Assembly: GCA_963669175.1 (NCBI GenBank)
Contig: OY769902.1
Coordinates: 512,001-576,000 of the forward strand
Origin: a bacterium
GTDB taxonomy: Bacteria > Electryoneota > Electryoneia > Electryoneales > Electryoneaceae
Direction of reading: 5' to 3'
DNA length: 64,000 nt
The notes below the pieces were generated by a model. It was not told the origin of the DNA. It made no database searches and was given only the letters and a program-made list of their open reading frames with translations. How positions within the stretch are numbered: the stretch's first letter is position 1; each line of letters opens with the position of its first letter. Made by a program: the position numbers and the translations under genes. Of the stretch, positions 61,031 to 64,000 are shown one piece after another.

Positions 61031-61565
61031 ACTTTGGAACTTTCCAACTTTTCAACTTTCAAACTTATTTACAGGATGAACAGGATGGGAAAGGATAATC
61101 AGGATAATAATACGGATAGTAAAAACTATTGTGCTGTCTGATGTGTTGTTTCTTTTTTCACTTTTTTCATTGCCTACTTTTTTCACTTTTTCATGTCCTC
61201 CCCAACCTACATGTCATCCCCAACCTACATGTCATCCCCGGCCTACATGTCATCCCCGGCCTACATGTCATCCCCGGCTTGAACGGGGATCTCGAGGTTC
61301 AACGCACCAATCTTCCCCGCTTCGCCATCCGCTCCCGACTTGCTCAGCGAATGCAGCGCAGTGGAAAGTGTGCCATACAGCACCGTTACTGCAAGAGCGT
61401 TCACCTGCACACCCGGCAAATCGGGCCATGCGTTTTCTGTTGCTTTTTTCACCTTTTTCACTGCCTACTTTTTTCACTTCTTCAAATCATTCCCGGCCAG
61501 GCATGGCCGGGCTGCCTTTCTTTACCTTTTTTACTTTTTCTACCTTCTTTACTTCTTCCTTCTAA
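61031..61565. repeat. Mosaic spacer: heptamers, family A, ttttttcac runs, 18-bp tandem array closing into a family H hairpin (61192-61293), 92-bp element (61334-61425)
   Basis: catgtcatcccc(aa/gg)ccta x4 then gtcatccccggcttgaacggggatc. Confidence 0.88.
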
Positions 61566-61647
61566 GTCTTTTTTTTCGAGGGATGCGAACAATTTGCATT
61601 CAACAGATTGAATGACTAATTTGAAAAGCCGAGCATATGGAGAGACT

Positions 61648-64000
61648 ATGAAACAAATGAACCGCAGGTATTTTTGTAAGCAGTATGTCGTTCAAGCGCT
61701 TAGGAACACCCACACACAGTTCAGATGGCATTGCTTTCCCCGCCTTTTCTATCTGATGCCAGCCCTCGTGTTGTCAGTTTGTACCCAACTCCGGGAGGCT
61801 CTCGTGAGTATGCTGGAAAGTTCAAGATTCCCGACTTGCTCATCAAATGCAGCGCAGATAGAAGTGCAGGGAACATCGCTGCTATCGCGAGAGCGTCCAC
61901 CTTCACAACCGGCAAATCGGGCCATGCGTTTTTCTGTTTCTTTTTTCACCTTTTTCACTTTGCTTACTTTTTTCACTTCGAGTTTAGCGGAGACATTTGT
62001 TTCCGGCGAAGTTTCCGGCGTGTGGAACGTGGAGGGCTCGCCTTACCTCGTCACCGACACGTTGACTGTCCCCGAAGGGGATACCCTTCGGGTTGAACCC
62101 GGTGTCACTATCACCTTTCTGGATCAGACCGACAGCACACGCACTCCTTTCATCGTGGAGGGGACATTACTAGCGTTGGGCACGGAGGGCGACTCCATTC
62201 GTTTTACCTCACCGGAATGTGGCTTTTTCGGCATCTATGTTCCCTTTGAGCAGTATAACGCCACTATCCACATGGAATATTGTGTGATTGATTCGGCCTA
62301 TAATGGTATTTGGTCCAACAACTGTCATACTGTAGTTAAACATTGCTGTTTTACTGTGGGCTATTGGCCTGTCACCGTGACGAATGGCAATGTTCGGGTG
62401 GAATACTGCACCTTTTTCAAGAGTGCCGGTGGAAACACGAATCTCACGCATGCGGTTTTTTCTTCGGGCGATTCTGTATCCATTCATGATGTGTATGCGC
62501 CTACGACACGAATTCAAATCGGTTCCTGCGGGTTTGTGGATACGGTCTTCAATATCATTGCAGATCAGCTCAATATGAATTTCAGTGCGGCAGAAATCAA
62601 ACAAACTGAGGTGAAGTACATTCATTTATCGAGTGGCAGCTACCATATGTATGATCTGGGCGAGGAAAGTTACCCGGCAGTGCGTTTTTATCGGGCTGAC
62701 ATTCTTGCAGAAGATTGCCACTTGTCCAACGTGATTTTGTCCGAAAGCAGCGGTGTTATTCGTAACAATGAAATCAACGGTGCATCCGTAAGTTTTCGCG
62801 GAGTGCTTGACTTGAACACCTCTTCAGATGTGGACATCTACAACAACATTTTCAATGGAACTGTAACAGCCATATCGATTGGGACGACGGACAATGTAGC
62901 CATTTGGAACAATACTCTTCTATTCGGCTCCAACGGCATTTACCAGACCAGCAGCACGAATATCTCTGTCTGGAACAACATCTTTCAGGGTGATGGGGTA
63001 AGCTGTACCGGCATCAATTGTCTGACTGAAGCGCCGCCAGAAGAGATTCATTACAATACTTTTCATAACCTTTCTCAAGTCACCAACGGTTTTGAGCTGG
63101 ACGAAACCAATCTGGTTACCGATCCCTTCCTTGCTGGCGGTGATCCTTTCGACTACCACTTGCAGGCCAACAGCCCGTGCATTGACGCCGGTGATCCGGA
63201 AAGTCCGGACGATCCCGACGGCACCCGTGCCGATATCGGCTGCTTCTATTACGACCAATCCTTAGACAACCCTCCAGTCCAAACCATCCCCGAAGAAGTC
63301 TTCGCGCAGACCGGACAACTGCTCCGTATTCAGATTATCGCAATCGACGACAACGGCCCCTTCAGCTTCACGTTACCGGACCTTCCGGACTGGCTGACCG
63401 AAGAGGACGAACTGGATTGGGTCAGTGATACGACCGTGGTATCGGGAACCGTGCCCGAAGATGCGGAGGACTTCAGCTTCACGGTGATTGTGGAGGATGG
63501 TGAAGGGCAGACGGATACCTCCCTTGTCACGGTGGATGTTGACCAGCGTAACCTGTTATATGGTGAGATCAGCGGTGTTTTGCATGTTGAGGACAGCCCG
63601 TTCTACGTAGTCGAGGATATTGTCGTCCCCGAAGGTGACAGCCTGGTCATCGAACCGGGATGTGAATTGCAGTTCAGATATGTGGAGGATGAAGAGCAGA
63701 GGATCCGGGTTTACTGTAATGGTTCTCTTATCTGTGAGGGTGTGGAAGGAGACAGTGTTTTTCTGAGAGGAAGCATACAAGATTTGGAATCGGAACAATG
63801 GAGTGGGATAGAACTGACAACGACTTCCAATGCGAACATTGCATACACTAGATTTGAAAATGCCGCAATTGCTATACAAACTAGTGAGGAATGTGATATA
63901 CATGTAGCAAATACATTGTTTTCCAGAAACAATCATTCTATAGTAGCAATAAATGACAGTACTATAACAATTAACTTATGTAGTTTTAGAGCAACAAACA
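61648..64000 (+). CDS. Large secreted parallel beta-helix repeat protein with Ig/cadherin-like domain, 3' truncated by window; start at 61648 or 61924
   Basis: Manual translation finds no stop from 61612 to the window end; GEVSGVW..EGSPY.V...L.VP.G..L..EPG module twice, NN-rich beta-helix turns, DYHLQANSPCIDAGDP..DGTRADIG, LPDWL; absent from the ORF track because no stop lies in the window. Confidence 0.88.
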   Translation, partial: MKQMNRRYFCKQYVVQALRNTHTQFRWHCFPRLFYLMPALVLSVCTQLREALVSMLESSRFPTCSSNAAQIEVQGTSLLSRERPPSQPANRAMRFSVSFFTFFTLLTFFTSSLAETFVSGEVSGVWNVEGSPYLVTDTLTVPEGDTLRVEPGVTITFLDQTDSTRTPFIVEGTLLALGTEGDSIRFTSPECGFFGIYVPFEQYNATIHMEYCVIDSAYNGIWSNNCHTVVKHCCFTVGYWPVTVTNGNVRVEYCTFFKSAGGNTNLTHAVFSSGDSVSIHDVYAPTTRIQIGSCGFVDTVFNIIADQLNMNFSAAEIKQTEVKYIHLSSGSYHMYDLGEESYPAVRFYRADILAEDCHLSNVILSESSGVIRNNEINGASVSFRGVLDLNTSSDVDIYNNIFNGTVTAISIGTTDNVAIWNNTLLFGSNGIYQTSSTNISVWNNIFQGDGVSCTGINCLTEAPPEEIHYNTFHNLSQVTNGFELDETNLVTDPFLAGGDPFDYHLQANSPCIDAGDPESPDDPDGTRADIGCFYYDQSLDNPPVQTIPEEVFAQTGQLLRIQIIAIDDNGPFSFTLPDLPDWLTEEDELDWVSDTTVVSGTVPEDAEDFSFTVIVEDGEGQTDTSLVTVDVDQRNLLYGEISGVLHVEDSPFYVVEDIVVPEGDSLVIEPGCELQFRYVEDEEQRIRVYCNGSLICEGVEGDSVFLRGSIQDLESEQWSGIELTTTSNANIAYTRFENAAIAIQTSEECDIHVANTLFSRNNHSIVAINDSTITINLCSFRATN

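Overview
Bacterial chromosomal window from a likely diderm (heptose and LPS genes). Coding regions are GC-rich and the spacers are AT-rich and repeat-packed. Positions 1-29.4 kb are one co-oriented (+) surface-glycan locus: nucleotide-sugar dehydrogenase and epimerases, several methyltransferases, sulfotransferases, a ~1540-aa sulfotransferase/FkbM/capsule-GT fusion, a complete pseudaminic-acid-type pathway (pseB, C, G, I, H and an SpsF/PseF-like enzyme) with the HisH/HisF/amidotransferase acetamidino trio, and a DUF4910-like gene. Positions 29.5-64 kb hold mixed genes: trmO, a secreted metacaspase-FGE fusion, an octaheme cytochrome c, a thioesterase, a Tat DUF362 protein, a YfcC transporter, glycosyltransferases, deaD, a degenerate Re-citrate-synthase-like protein, gmhA, a GtrB-like module, secF/secD, and a truncated beta-helix surface protein missing from the ORF track. 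The most striking signal is non-coding. Nearly every spacer is a mosaic of about ten dispersed repeat families: AGGAT runs with a fixed polarity relative to genes, REP/REPIN-like palindrome pairs, a 322-bp MITE-like element, a 92-bp length-conserved hairpin, stuttered palindrome arms and nested micro-insertions. No cognate transposase or nuclease is encoded in the window. At least one gene appears to have recruited these repeats in frame as its N-terminus and signal peptide. No rRNA, tRNA or CRISPR array was recognised. All assignments are by eye from motifs; no database searches were run.
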